A stretch of 64,000 bases of DNA, from the NCBI GenBank assembly GCA_046290465.1, contig JBKAGP010000001.1, positions 1,632,001-1,696,000 on the forward strand. Reading direction: 5' to 3'. Source of the stretch: Planctomycetota bacterium (GTDB lineage Bacteria; Planctomycetota; UBA1135; UBA2386). The notes below the pieces were generated by a model. The model had not been told where the DNA came from. It saw only the letters and a program-made list of their open reading frames with translations, and ran no database searches. The position numbers and the translations under genes are program-made. Positions 9,454-20,005 of the stretch are shown piece by piece (the stretch's first letter is position 1; the number at the start of each line of letters is the position of its first letter).

Positions 9454-10257
9454 TTACGGCGACCACGGGCAGGCCTCGGCGGCCGCGACCGGAGCCGGCT
9501 CGGCGCCGCTGGCGAACCGGACCGGCTCGCAGCTCCCGGGCCCGACGACGAGCCCGACGGAGCGCTCGTCGAACGCCGGCAGGACCCGGTACTCGGCCGC
9601 GCCGACGTGGCCCTGCGCGTGGCGGTGGATGTGGCCGAACACCAGCCGCCCGACGCCGTCCGCAACTGCCGCTGCCACCGCACGCTCCGACGGCAGGAAG
9701 CGGGTCTGGTCGCCGCTGGCGATCACCTCGCCGCTGCGCCGGCGGGCCCGTTCGGCTGCCCGTTCGGCCAGCGCCAGCGGCAGCCGGCGCGCCAGCCCGC
9801 GGGTCAACGGGTGCCGCAGCCAGCGCTTGGCGCGCTGGTACGGCAGGTCGTTCTGGCACAGCTCGTCGCCGTGCAGCATCAGCGTGTCGACCCCGCCCAC
9901 CGTCGCGCGGTAGCCGCCGTGCACCAGCTCGGCCCGGCTGGCCCGGGCGAACTCGTCGCCGAGCAGGAAGTCGCGGTTGCCGACCAGCACGACGATGCGC
10001 AGGCCCGCGGCGGCGGCGGCCGCGAAGCGGGCGGCGACGTCGCGCCAGACCCCCACGCGGATCTGCGCTCGGCTGACGTAGCTGTCGTAGAGATCCCCGA
10101 GCACGAACAGCGCGTCGGCACGTTCGCGCGCGTGCGCGATCGCGGCGTCGAGCGCGTCGACGACGGCACCGCCGTCGGCGCCGACGTGCAGGTCCGAGAT
10201 CAGCACCGCGCGCTCGGCGGCGGCGCCGGCCCGGATCGCGGTGCCGAGCACGTTCAC
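9454..10257 (-). CDS. lpxH: UDP-2,3-diacylglucosamine hydrolase-like metallophosphoesterase
   Basis: ISDLH, GDLYD, GNRDFL, HGD, FGHIH. Confidence 0.85.
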   Translation of the reverse strand: MNVLGTAIRAGAAAERAVLISDLHVGADGGAVVDALDAAIAHARERADALFVLGDLYDSYVSRAQIRVGVWRDVAARFAAAAAAGLRIVVLVGNRDFLLGDEFARASRAELVHGGYRATVGGVDTLMLHGDELCQNDLPYQRAKRWLRHPLTRGLARRLPLALAERAAERARRRSGEVIASGDQTRFLPSERAVAAAVADGVGRLVFGHIHRHAQGHVGAAEYRVLPAFDERSVGLVVGPGSCEPVRFASGAEPAPVAAAEACPWSP

Positions 10258-10325
10258 CCCCTGACCTCGATCAACGAAGCACCTCGATCAACCCTGCACC
10301 TCGATCAACCCTGCACCTCGACGAA
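10255..10325. repeat. ~17-bp tandem repeat x4 duplicating the 3' end of the upstream gene
   Basis: Minus strand TCGAGGTGCAGGGTTGA x2, TCGAGGTGCTTCGTTGA, TCGAGGTCAGGGGTGA. Confidence 0.8.
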
Positions 10326-12405
10326 CACGACCCCGAACGGATCGAGCAACACCGTGCAGCGGTCGGCGCGGCCGTGGTTGCGGCCGCCGAGTTCGCGCAG
10401 GTCGCGCTCGCGCGGGAAGATCAGCTCGACCTCGAGCGGACCGTCGGCGCCGAGCTGCCGCAGCAGCTGCGGCCGTTCGAGCGCGTTGAGGCGGATGCCG
10501 AGCACGCGCCGGCCGTCGCGCAGCTGCAGGGGCGCCCGTTCGACGATCGTCGGCAGCGACTTGCCCTGCACCTCGCACGGCGGCATTACGCCGGCGCGCT
10601 GCAGCGCGGCGCGCACGCGGCGACGCAGCTCGCGGGCCGGACCGATGCGCTGCGGGTCGAGACGCCACTCCGGGTAGTCGCAGACCGGCACGTTGAGGTA
10701 GTAGGCGCGGCCGCGGCGCACGGCGTTCTCGACGAACGTGTCGCTGACCTTGCCGTGCAGGCCGACCGAACCGCGCAGGCCGCGGTCGACCTCGGGCAGG
10801 CCGGAGGCGCGCGCCGTCGAGTCGCCCTCGCGCACCAGCAGGTCGTCCCACGCGAGCGAACGGACGGTGATGCCGAACAGCCGGTCGAGCACGCCGGCCT
10901 CGCGGCGCAGCAGGTGGTCGTCGTAGAGCCCGGTCGAGTGGTCGGCGACGACCGTGCCGCCCTGCTCGGTGTAGAGCGTCAGCGCGCGCGCGGTGCGCTC
11001 GGGGATCGACAGCATCGCCGGCAGCACCACGCAGCGCGGCTTCTCGATCAACAGCCGTTCGGCGAGCGCCGCCGACGCCACGAACGTCGGCTGCTGGCCG
11101 AGGTCCTGCAGCAGCCGGATCCAGCCGAGCCGGGCCGCCTGGCTGGTGCTGTGGGTCTGCTCGTACGAACCGAGCCGCCGCACCCAGGTCATGCCGTCGC
11201 GCGCCGAGTCGATCATCCACCACGCCCGCACCGACTCGTGCGACTCCACCACCCAGACGTCACCCGGCACCGCGACCGCGCCGGCGACCTCGTCGAGCTG
11301 GCCGCCCAGCTGCGCGAAGCCGCGCTGCACCGCGCGGCCGAACGTGGTCGGCTCGCCCTTCTCGTCGACGACGGTACGGTCGTTCCACACCACCACGCCG
11401 GCGCTGCCGCGGCAGGCCATCGCGGCGAGCCGCGCCCGCACGTAGTCCGACAGCGGCACCTTGCTCGCAGCCGACTCGGCGGCCGGCGGCGCCAGCGTCT
11501 CGTAGCGGTGCACGGACTGCGGCAGCAGGCCGCGCGCGAGTTCGATCGAGCCGCCGATGTCGTACGGCTCGGCCAGCGTGTGGCCCTGCAGCAGACGGTG
11601 GTAGTCGTGGCCGCCAAACGGTCCGGGCACCGCCAGGCCGGTCAGGCCGACCGGCACGCCCGGCACCGCGCGCGCGACCCGCTGCCGGATCTCGGCCACC
11701 GCGTCGGCGAACTGCTGGTCGACGAAGTCGAGCCACAGCGACCACGCGCGCAGGTCGGCCGGCAGCAGCCGGTCGCCGAGTTCGCGCGTGCGCACCTGGT
11801 CGGTGCCCAGCGGCACCGCGTCGTCGAAGCTCGCGTAGCTGGTGCCGAGCGCCCCGTTGAGGCTGTCGATGTCGGCGAAGCGGCCGCGGCAGAACGCGCG
11901 GAACGCCGCCATGCAGTGCTCGCACCGGCAGGTGTCGAGCGGCGCGTTGTGGCGCGTCGACGACGCCTCGTCGGCCAGCGCGACGAACAGCAGCCCTTCG
12001 GGCCCGACGCGGCGCGCCTCCTTGGCCGCCTTGGCGGCAGCATCGGCGACCACGCCCGGCGTCGCGAAGCACGTCGGCCGGACCAGCTGCGCCGGGTCGC
12101 GGGTGCGCTCGAACTGCTGCACCACCGGCCGCCACTGCGCGTCGCGCAGCTCGAGCAGGCCCTTGCCAATCGGCTGGTCGAGGTAGAAGCGCAGCCCCTG
12201 CGAACGCAGCGGCGTCGGGTCTCCCCCGCGGCCGAGCTGCACGGCGGTGTAGCCGCTGCTGCGCGCCAGCTTCGGCCCCGCGTCGGCGTCGCTGCACCAC
12301 AGCACCTTCTCGAAGCGCTGCGGCGGCGCGACCCGCTGCTCCTCTTGCTGGGCGACCAGCAACGATCCGGCCAGTACGACCAGCCAGGAGAGCAGCGACG
12401 CGCGG

Positions 12406-12419
<14 letters not shown>
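10305..12419 (-). CDS. Exported GH42/beta-galactosidase-like protein with trimerisation (GATase-like) domain
   Basis: Signal peptide; ADE, CRCEHC..AFR..IDSLNGALGT.Y.SFD pattern; VVLPAMLSIP..YTEQGGTVVAD. Confidence 0.65.
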
Positions 12420-13759
<1,340 letters not shown>

Positions 13760-13767
<8 letters not shown>

Positions 13768-14434
13768 CGCGCCCCTCCCCGAAGCCGGCCTCATCACCGA
13801 ACCCGTCGTCGTCGTCGTCGAGATCGTCGAAGTCGTCGTCACCGAGCGGCAGCGCGTCGTCGTCCTGGCGCAGGCGGGTCTCGCCGAACGAGACCACCTG
13901 GTCGCCGCCGGCGCGCTGCGCGAACTCGAGCGCGGTCTCCGCCTGCGACAGCAAAGAGTCGAAGAACAGCGTGCCCTGGTCGTCGCACGCGGTCAGGCCG
14001 AGGCTGATCGACAGCATCAGTTCGCGACCGTCGACGGTGACGTCCATCTCGGAAAACACCTGGTGCAGGCGCTGCGCGACGACCCGGGTCTGGCCCAGAT
14101 CGGTGTGCGGCAGCACCAGCAGGTAGCGGTCGTCGTTGGTCGTGCCGAGCAGGTCCGAACCGCGGGTCTTCTCGCGCACCAGGCGGGCGATGCCCTGCTT
14201 GACGGCGGTGCGCAGCTGCGCGCCGTGCAGGTCGGCGAGCTGCGCGAGCCGGTCGACCTGCATCAGCACGACCCCCATCGGGATGCCGTGCCGGCGGGCG
14301 CGGGCGAACTCGTTCTTCATCAGGTGCAGGATCTGCGCCTGGGAGAACAGCGAACTGCTGAGGAAGCCGTCGCCTTCGACGGCTGGTGCGCGGCCCCCTC
14401 CCGGACGGCCTTTGCGGAAGCCTGGTCTCGTCAT
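13760..14434 (-). CDS. Degenerate GGDEF-domain protein with acidic tail
   Basis: EFARARRH..GVVLMQVDRL..RGSDLLGTTNDDRYLLVLP..SISLG..ALEFAQRAGGDQV; GG[D/E]EF replaced by NDDRY. Confidence 0.85.
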
Positions 14435-14512
14435 CGTGATGTCCGACGCAAGCTAGTGCCTGCACCGCCGCCAAGCTACGGAGCGGTGGCAGTACGCCGC
14501 CTGGCTCGGGGC

Positions 14513-14552
14513 AAAAAAATACGGGCCTCAGCCGGTCAGAACTGAGGCCCGT
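14513..14552 (-). terminator. Rho-independent terminator
   Basis: ACGGGCCTCAG-loop-CTGAGGCCCGT (11 bp) followed by A-T7 on the minus strand. Confidence 0.85.
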
Positions 14553-14805
14553 GAATGCGGGTCAGGCTACGCAATGGAGAGGGCGGTTAGGGAGGGGGGA
14601 TACTGGTCTCCACCACACAGCCACGACCCGACGGTGTCTGCTGGATCGAGATCGGGTCAGGATCTCGAAGCGCTCCCAATGGTCAGTCAGGAGCAAGCGA
14701 ACCAAACAGTCAGAGAGCATTTCGCTGCGGGAGTGCCACGAGTGGCGCTTCCGCCCGGTCCTCCTCGGATGCGACCAGGCTAGTCACTTCCGGCTCGGGC
14801 CAGGA
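14513..14805 (-). ncRNA. Candidate ~290-nt structured small RNA with repeated CUGAC loops and a C-rich loop
   Basis: Bounded by a promoter and a terminator; about 7 hairpins, G-U pairs favour the minus strand; no recognised RNA family. Confidence 0.65.
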
Positions 14806-14810
14806 GCGCG

Positions 14811-14839
14811 ATCATGCCCAGGTGTCCACTGGATTTCAA
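14811..14839 (-). promoter_or_regulatory. Putative sigma-70 promoter of the candidate sRNA
   Basis: TTGAAA (14839-14834)-N17-CATGAT (14816-14811). Confidence 0.55.
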
Positions 14840-15188
14840 CACCCACCCAACGCGTTTTTCGACACCGAGTATCAGGCTGGGACGGCCTTGCAGGCCTGTC
14901 GATCCTGGACATAACATTCTTGTGCGTAGCAACTTCCGCCTTGCCATCGGTTCCAGGGGCGCGCTCGGGCGGCGAACGCCGCCGACAACTTTCCGCCCAA
15001 AAAGCCAACACTCCACAATCTGCCAACGGCCCCACTATCTGCCAACGGTTAGGTCGGCCCAGCTCCGACGACGGCCCCGGAAAGTTGGGGCGTGCGCGGC
15101 ACGAGGCCAAGCGAAACCGCGGTTTCGAGGCCGCTGGCGGCGTTTGCGCCAGCCCGCTCCCGGGACGGTTGGCCGCCAGCGCGACGCG

Positions 15189-15650
15189 CTACTTGGCGCG
15201 AGGCTCGGCGCCGACCAGTTCGAGCGACTTGTCGAGCAGCCAGTCGATGTCCCACGCGGGGAACTTGTACTCGAGCAACAGCAGCCCGATCACGACCACG
15301 ATCGCGAAGATCACGCCGAAGATCAGCTGCGCGACCATGCGCGCGACGAAGCCCTTGGCGCGGTGCGTGACCGACGGCCCCTTCGCGACCCGCCCGCCAC
15401 GCAGGATCCAGTCGCGCTGCGCGGCGAGACCCTGCTGCACCAGGCGCTGGCCTTCGACCTCTTCCGACAGGATCGCCTGGGTGATCACCTGCCAGGGATA
15501 CTCCGCCTCGTTCTGCTGGGCGGTGATCTTCAGCTGCGCCATCTTTGGCTTGCTGACGGCGCCGGCCATCAGGCGCAGGCTCGCCTCGCTGACGGCCTTG
15601 AGGGCCTGATCGCCCTCGTTGAGGTCCGGTTGCTGCGGCGTTTCGGACAT
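15189..15650 (-). CDS. Hypothetical membrane protein
   Basis: 153 aa, GC3-rich codons, one C-terminal TM segment. Confidence 0.75.
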   Translation of the reverse strand: MSETPQQPDLNEGDQALKAVSEASLRLMAGAVSKPKMAQLKITAQQNEAEYPWQVITQAILSEEVEGQRLVQQGLAAQRDWILRGGRVAKGPSVTHRAKGFVARMVAQLIFGVIFAIVVVIGLLLLEYKFPAWDIDWLLDKSLELVGAEPRAK

Positions 15651-15704
15651 GGCGAGACTCGGCGCCCGCCGCAGGGGCGGGCAGCTATCCGGGGAGCAGC
15701 AGGG

Positions 15705-16016
15705 TTACTGCTTCTGGGCCTTCGTGAAGGCGCGGTTGCGGCCGCGGACCGCCTTGACCAGCGGGAACGAGACCGTCTTGTCGCCCTTCTGCAGGGTGAT
15801 GACGCCGCGCTTGATGACCTTGGTCGACAGCTTCAGCGTCATGACCGTGCCTTCCGGCGTCAGGATGCGGACCGGCTGCAGGTTCGGCTTGAACTTGCGC
15901 TTGCTGCGGCCCGTGACGCGACGACCGACACCGCCGTCCTTCTTGGCAAGACCGCGGCGCTTGACCTTGTTTCCAACTCGGGTGCGACGACCGGTGACTG
16001 CGCAGACTCTGGACAT
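15705..16016 (-). CDS. rpmB: 50S ribosomal protein bL28 (long form)
   Basis: MSRVCAVTG..GN..RRGLAKKDGGVG..KRKFKPNLQ. Confidence 0.96.
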   Translation of the reverse strand: MSRVCAVTGRRTRVGNKVKRRGLAKKDGGVGRRVTGRSKRKFKPNLQPVRILTPEGTVMTLKLSTKVIKRGVITLQKGDKTVSFPLVKAVRGRNRAFTKAQKQ

Positions 16017-16045
16017 AGCGGGTTCGGGGTTTCGAAGGGGCGAAG

Positions 16046-16073
16046 AAGATAGCCAGCAGATCCCAGGACGCAA
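16046..16073 (-). promoter_or_regulatory. Putative sigma-70 promoter of rpmB
   Basis: TTGCGT-N16-TATCTT. Confidence 0.5.
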
Positions 16074-16129
16074 GCCCCGAGCCCGGTCTTCTTGTCGGCC
16101 TTCTCGACGGCGCGACGCGGTCCGGCCGA

Positions 16130-17569
16130 TCAGCGCGGGCTGGCGGCCCGGTAGGCCTGGTAGCGCCGCAGGCGGTCGCGGTACTCGGCCTCCTGGTCGC
16201 CGCCCTGCTTCAGGGCGGTCTCCTGCAGCTCGATCGCGTCGCCGGTGCGCCCGACCAGGAACATCGCCAGCGCGGCCGTGTCGAACTCGAAGTAGTCCAT
16301 GGTCGCCCGCCCCTTCAGCATCAACTCGACCAGGCCGACCGCGAACCAGTCGTAGCGGCCCATCGTCGGCAGCTGGGTCAGCAGGTGCCAGGCGTCGTTG
16401 TTGAGCTCGTGGAACGCGTCCCGGCTCTTCAGGTAGCCTGCCAGCTGGCTCGCCGCAGCCTCCCGGTCCTCGCCGCACCGCAAGGTCACGACGTAGCGCG
16501 CAGCCGCCACCAGCCGTTCGTCGGCGCCGAGTTCGGCGGCGCGCCGCACCGCGCTCTCGGCCAGGTCCCGGTGGATCATCGGGGTCTGGTCGTGGGCCAG
16601 CAGCGTCGCGAAGTCGAGGCAGCCGTCGGCGGTCGCGACCACCAGCTTGCGGCAGCGCATCGCCTGCCGGCCGGCGGCGCGGCCATCGCCGGCGGCCACC
16701 TGCGCCCGCAGCAGCGCCAGCTGCACGAACGGATCGCGCGGCGCCGACTTCGCGGCCCGTTCGAGCGCTGGCCGCAGGTCGGCCACCACCGCGGGGCGGC
16801 GCGGGTCCCCGCGCATCGCGAGGTCGGCGAACACCGCCAGCGCGCGCGGCTCGTCGGCCATCTGCCGGATGCTGCGCCGGCGCAGCCGGGTGGCCGCGGC
16901 GAGGTCGTTGGCCTTGGTCGCGTAGGTCAGGTAGAGCAGGCCCGACAGCAGGCCGTCCCGCGGCGACCGCTCGACCAGCGGCGCCAGCAGCGCGACGGTC
17001 GGCCCGCCGGCGAGGTCGTCGTAGCCCTCGACCAGCTGCAGCCGCCAGGCGCGCGCCTCCTCCTCGTGGCGGCGATCGGTATTGCCGGCCAGTTCGCGGT
17101 GCAGCAGGTCCGCGACGCCACAGCCGGGCGCCCCGGCGAACACCACCACGCCCATGTCGTCGACCGCGACCAGGTTGCGATGGTGCACCGGCGGCACGCG
17201 CAGCCAGGCCTTCTCGGTGCGGCCGTGGTCGTCGAGCACGACGCTGCCGTCGACGAGCTCGCCGATCGCCGGCAGCTCGCGGTCACCGACCACCACCACG
17301 ACGCGCAGCCCGAGGCCGCCCCACTGCCGGCCGAGACGCTGCAGGTATTCGACGTCCCCGGCCAGGAGGTGCGGCAGCTGCCCGTAGAACGCGACCAGCG
17401 TCAACCGCGTCGCGGCTTCGTTGCCGTGCAGCTCGACCGGCTCGCCGCGCAGCCACTCGGCCCAGCTCGCCTTCGGAGCCGCCATGTCCAGCCGGACCTG
17501 GGAGCTGGCGACGCCCAGCAACAGCAGGGCGCCGGCGGCCAGGCGCACGATGGTCGGCAGCAGCTTCAA
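16130..17569 (-). CDS. Exported thioredoxin-like (no CxxC) plus TPR-like protein
   Basis: Signal peptide; WLRGEPV..LVAFY..YLQRL..W..LGLRVVVV redoxin pattern; LNNDAW, FDTAALAMF..AIELQETAL. Confidence 0.6.
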   Translation of the reverse strand: MKLLPTIVRLAAGALLLLGVASSQVRLDMAAPKASWAEWLRGEPVELHGNEAATRLTLVAFYGQLPHLLAGDVEYLQRLGRQWGGLGLRVVVVVGDRELPAIGELVDGSVVLDDHGRTEKAWLRVPPVHHRNLVAVDDMGVVVFAGAPGCGVADLLHRELAGNTDRRHEEEARAWRLQLVEGYDDLAGGPTVALLAPLVERSPRDGLLSGLLYLTYATKANDLAAATRLRRRSIRQMADEPRALAVFADLAMRGDPRRPAVVADLRPALERAAKSAPRDPFVQLALLRAQVAAGDGRAAGRQAMRCRKLVVATADGCLDFATLLAHDQTPMIHRDLAESAVRRAAELGADERLVAAARYVVTLRCGEDREAAASQLAGYLKSRDAFHELNNDAWHLLTQLPTMGRYDWFAVGLVELMLKGRATMDYFEFDTAALAMFLVGRTGDAIELQETALKQGGDQEAEYRDRLRRYQAYRAASPR

Positions 17570-17573
17570 CGGG

Positions 17574-18230
17574 TCAACGCGGCGGTTTGGCGTGCAGGCC
17601 GTCCGCTCCCCGCGCCGGACGTTCGGCACGGGCGGCGGCGAACAGGTCGAGAGCACGCATCTTACCAACGACGTCGCCGACGACACGGTTCAGCCCCCGG
17701 GACAAGGCCCCCACCGCGGCATCCGGCCCGACCGCCGCCGCGGCGTCCGCCGCGATCGGCTCGACGCAGGTGAACTCGTCCTGGAACACCAGCCGGTCGC
17801 CCTGCTGCAGCCACAGCTCGAGCCGCACCCGGGCCTCCAGGCCCTGCCCGGTCGACGCCTCGACGAAGTCGACGATGCGGCCGTGCAGCGACCAGGTCTC
17901 GAGGCCTGCGTCGGCGCTGCCCTTGACCAGGTCGCAGACCCGCGCCCGCGACAGGCCGAGCACCAGCGCGTCGGTGACCAGCCGGTCGAGCGGCGCGACC
18001 CAGCGCGCCAGCGGCCGTGGCTCGAGCCGCACGCCCTGCTGCCGCAGCAGCCGGTCCGAGTCGAGCGCGGTGCCGAGCTGCAGGTCGTGCACGCGCAGCG
18101 TGCCGGCGCGCATCGGGTCGGCCTCGGCGACGGCGGGCAGCTGCAGGCGGTAGAACTGCTCGGTCGGCACCTCGACGCTGCCGCAGGCGGCCAGCGCGAG
18201 CAGCAGGAGCGGGACGGTGTGCTTGTTCAT
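17574..18230 (-). CDS. ABC transport auxiliary lipoprotein (PqiC-like)
   Basis: Lipobox ALAACG, FYRL, RWVAPL; follows mlaD. Confidence 0.8.
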   Translation of the reverse strand: MNKHTVPLLLLALAACGSVEVPTEQFYRLQLPAVAEADPMRAGTLRVHDLQLGTALDSDRLLRQQGVRLEPRPLARWVAPLDRLVTDALVLGLSRARVCDLVKGSADAGLETWSLHGRIVDFVEASTGQGLEARVRLELWLQQGDRLVFQDEFTCVEPIAADAAAAVGPDAAVGALSRGLNRVVGDVVGKMRALDLFAAARAERPARGADGLHAKPPR

Positions 18231-18257
18231 GTCGGTTCGTGCAAGGGGTCCAGAGGC

Positions 18258-19151
18258 CTACCGGCCGGACTGCGGCGCCGCGGCGTGGCGCACTCCGAAC
18301 AGCAGGCTGTCGGGTGCGAGCTTGAGCTGGCGCAGCAGCCCGCGCATGTCGTCGAGCGTGGTGCGCAGGCCGGCGAACGTCTGCAGCGCCGGGCCGCGCA
18401 TGCTGGCGACGACGGCGGTCGACTCGCGCAGCAGCGCGTGCGCGTCGGACTCGAGCCGCCGCAGCGCGGCGACGGTCTCGGCGACGGCCTCGGCCGAACC
18501 GGTGGCCGCGTCGGCGGTCGCCTCGGCGGCCTGCACCGCACGGCGCGCGTCGGCGACCAGCGCGTGGATCTCGGGCACCGTGCCGTCGGCAAAGCTGCGG
18601 CTGGCGCGTTCGAGGTTGCCGAGGATGCTCGCGACCTGCTGCTGGTTGCCGGCGCCGAGCACGGCGTCGGCGTTGGCCAGCACGCCGTCCAGGCGCGTCA
18701 GCACCTGCGCTGCCTGCGCGACGACCTCGGGCAGGCTCGCCTTCAGCGAGTTGAGCGGGTCCTCCTTGGGCTCGATGAACGACTCGGGCGGCAGCGACGT
18801 GCCGTCCGACGCGTAGCCCTCGAGCTCGACGGTGACCTGGCCGGTGACCAGCAGCCGATCCATGCGCGCGCGGGTGACGTCCTGGATGTTGGCGCGGGTC
18901 GGGTCGACGCGCAGCTCGACCAGCGTGCGGCCGTCCTGGAAGCGCATGTCGGCGACAACGCCGATCGGCACGCCCTGGAAGTTGACCTTCGAGCCGACCA
19001 CCATGCCCTTCACGTTCTCGTCGAACATGATCCAGTAGGTGGCGCGGTCGCCGTTGAAGCTGCTCCGCACGATGAACACCAGCAGCGACACGAACAGGGC
19101 CCCCGCGCCGAGCACGTACAGTCCCAACCGGAAGCGCCTGCTGTTCTCCAT
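18258..19151 (-). CDS. mlaD: MCE/MlaD family protein
   Basis: N-terminal TM, F.ENVKGM.VGSKV.FQGVPIG.V, helical C-terminus. Confidence 0.88.
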   Translation of the reverse strand: MENSRRFRLGLYVLGAGALFVSLLVFIVRSSFNGDRATYWIMFDENVKGMVVGSKVNFQGVPIGVVADMRFQDGRTLVELRVDPTRANIQDVTRARMDRLLVTGQVTVELEGYASDGTSLPPESFIEPKEDPLNSLKASLPEVVAQAAQVLTRLDGVLANADAVLGAGNQQQVASILGNLERASRSFADGTVPEIHALVADARRAVQAAEATADAATGSAEAVAETVAALRRLESDAHALLRESTAVVASMRGPALQTFAGLRTTLDDMRGLLRQLKLAPDSLLFGVRHAAAPQSGR

Positions 19152-19153
19152 TC

Positions 19154-19978
19154 CTAGACCTCGATGTGGCGGATCACGTCCATGCCATCGCCATCTTCGG
19201 CAGGCAGGCGGCGTTCGATGAAGTCGCGCAGGCGCGGATTCGGGTCGTTCCAGACCGCGTCGCGCTCGCCGAGCGCGGCGACCCGGCCGTCGAGCAGCAC
19301 CACGATGCGGTCGGCGATCGCGTGCGCCGAGGGCAGGTCGTGCGTGACCACGACCATGGTGATTCCGAACACCTTGTTGAGCTTGACGATGACGTTGTCG
19401 ACTTCTGCAGCGGTGATCGGGTCGAGGCCCGCCGACGGCTCGTCGAAGTAGACGATGTCCGGATCGAGCGCGATCGCGCGCGCGATCGCGGCCCGCTTCT
19501 TCATGCCGCCCGACAGCGAGCTCGGCAGCAGCTGCTCGGCGTGCAGCAGGCCGACCATGTCGAGCTTCATGCGGGCGGTATCGAGGATCACCGACTCGCA
19601 CAGGTCGGTGTTCTCGCGCAGCGGCAGCGCGACGTTCTCGAGCACGGTCAGGCTGCCGAGCAGCGCGCCGCCCTGGAACGACAGCCCAGTGCGCAGCCGC
19701 AGGTGGTGCAGCAGATCGGCCGGCGCCGAGTAGAGGTCGTGGCCCTGCACGCTGATCGAGCCGAGGTCCGGCGGCAGCAGCCCGCACAGGTTGCGCAGCA
19801 GGGTCGTCTTGCCGCAGCCCGACGGCCCCATGATCACGAACACCTCGCCCTGCCGGATCGCCAGGTCGACGCCGTCGAGCACGGTCCGTTCGCCAAAGCG
19901 CGTCGTCAGCGCCAGCGCCCGGACCAGGTCCTGGGTGCGGCGCCGCGAGCCGTCGAGGTCCATGCGCATGCGTGCCAT
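19154..19978 (-). CDS. mlaF: Mla-type ABC transporter ATP-binding protein
   Basis: GPSGCGKT, LSGGMKKR, FDEPSAGLDP, VTHD. Confidence 0.9.
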   Translation of the reverse strand: MARMRMDLDGSRRRTQDLVRALALTTRFGERTVLDGVDLAIRQGEVFVIMGPSGCGKTTLLRNLCGLLPPDLGSISVQGHDLYSAPADLLHHLRLRTGLSFQGGALLGSLTVLENVALPLRENTDLCESVILDTARMKLDMVGLLHAEQLLPSSLSGGMKKRAAIARAIALDPDIVYFDEPSAGLDPITAAEVDNVIVKLNKVFGITMVVVTHDLPSAHAIADRIVVLLDGRVAALGERDAVWNDPNPRLRDFIERRLPAEDGDGMDVIRHIEV

Positions 19979-20005
19979 CAGTCCTGCATCCTCAGTCCAA
20001 CATCC

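Noticed and set aside
14581..14616. CTCCACCA resembling a tmRNA/tRNA 3' end
   Set aside because: No T-arm or acceptor-stem partner; it is one arm of the long minus-strand hairpin. No RNase P, SRP or 6S signatures were recognised either
14562..14720. 52-codon minus-strand ORF (MLSDCLVRLLL...) inside the candidate sRNA
   Set aside because: Atypical codon usage and the nearest SD-like sequence is ~40 nt upstream; a dual-function RNA cannot be fully excluded
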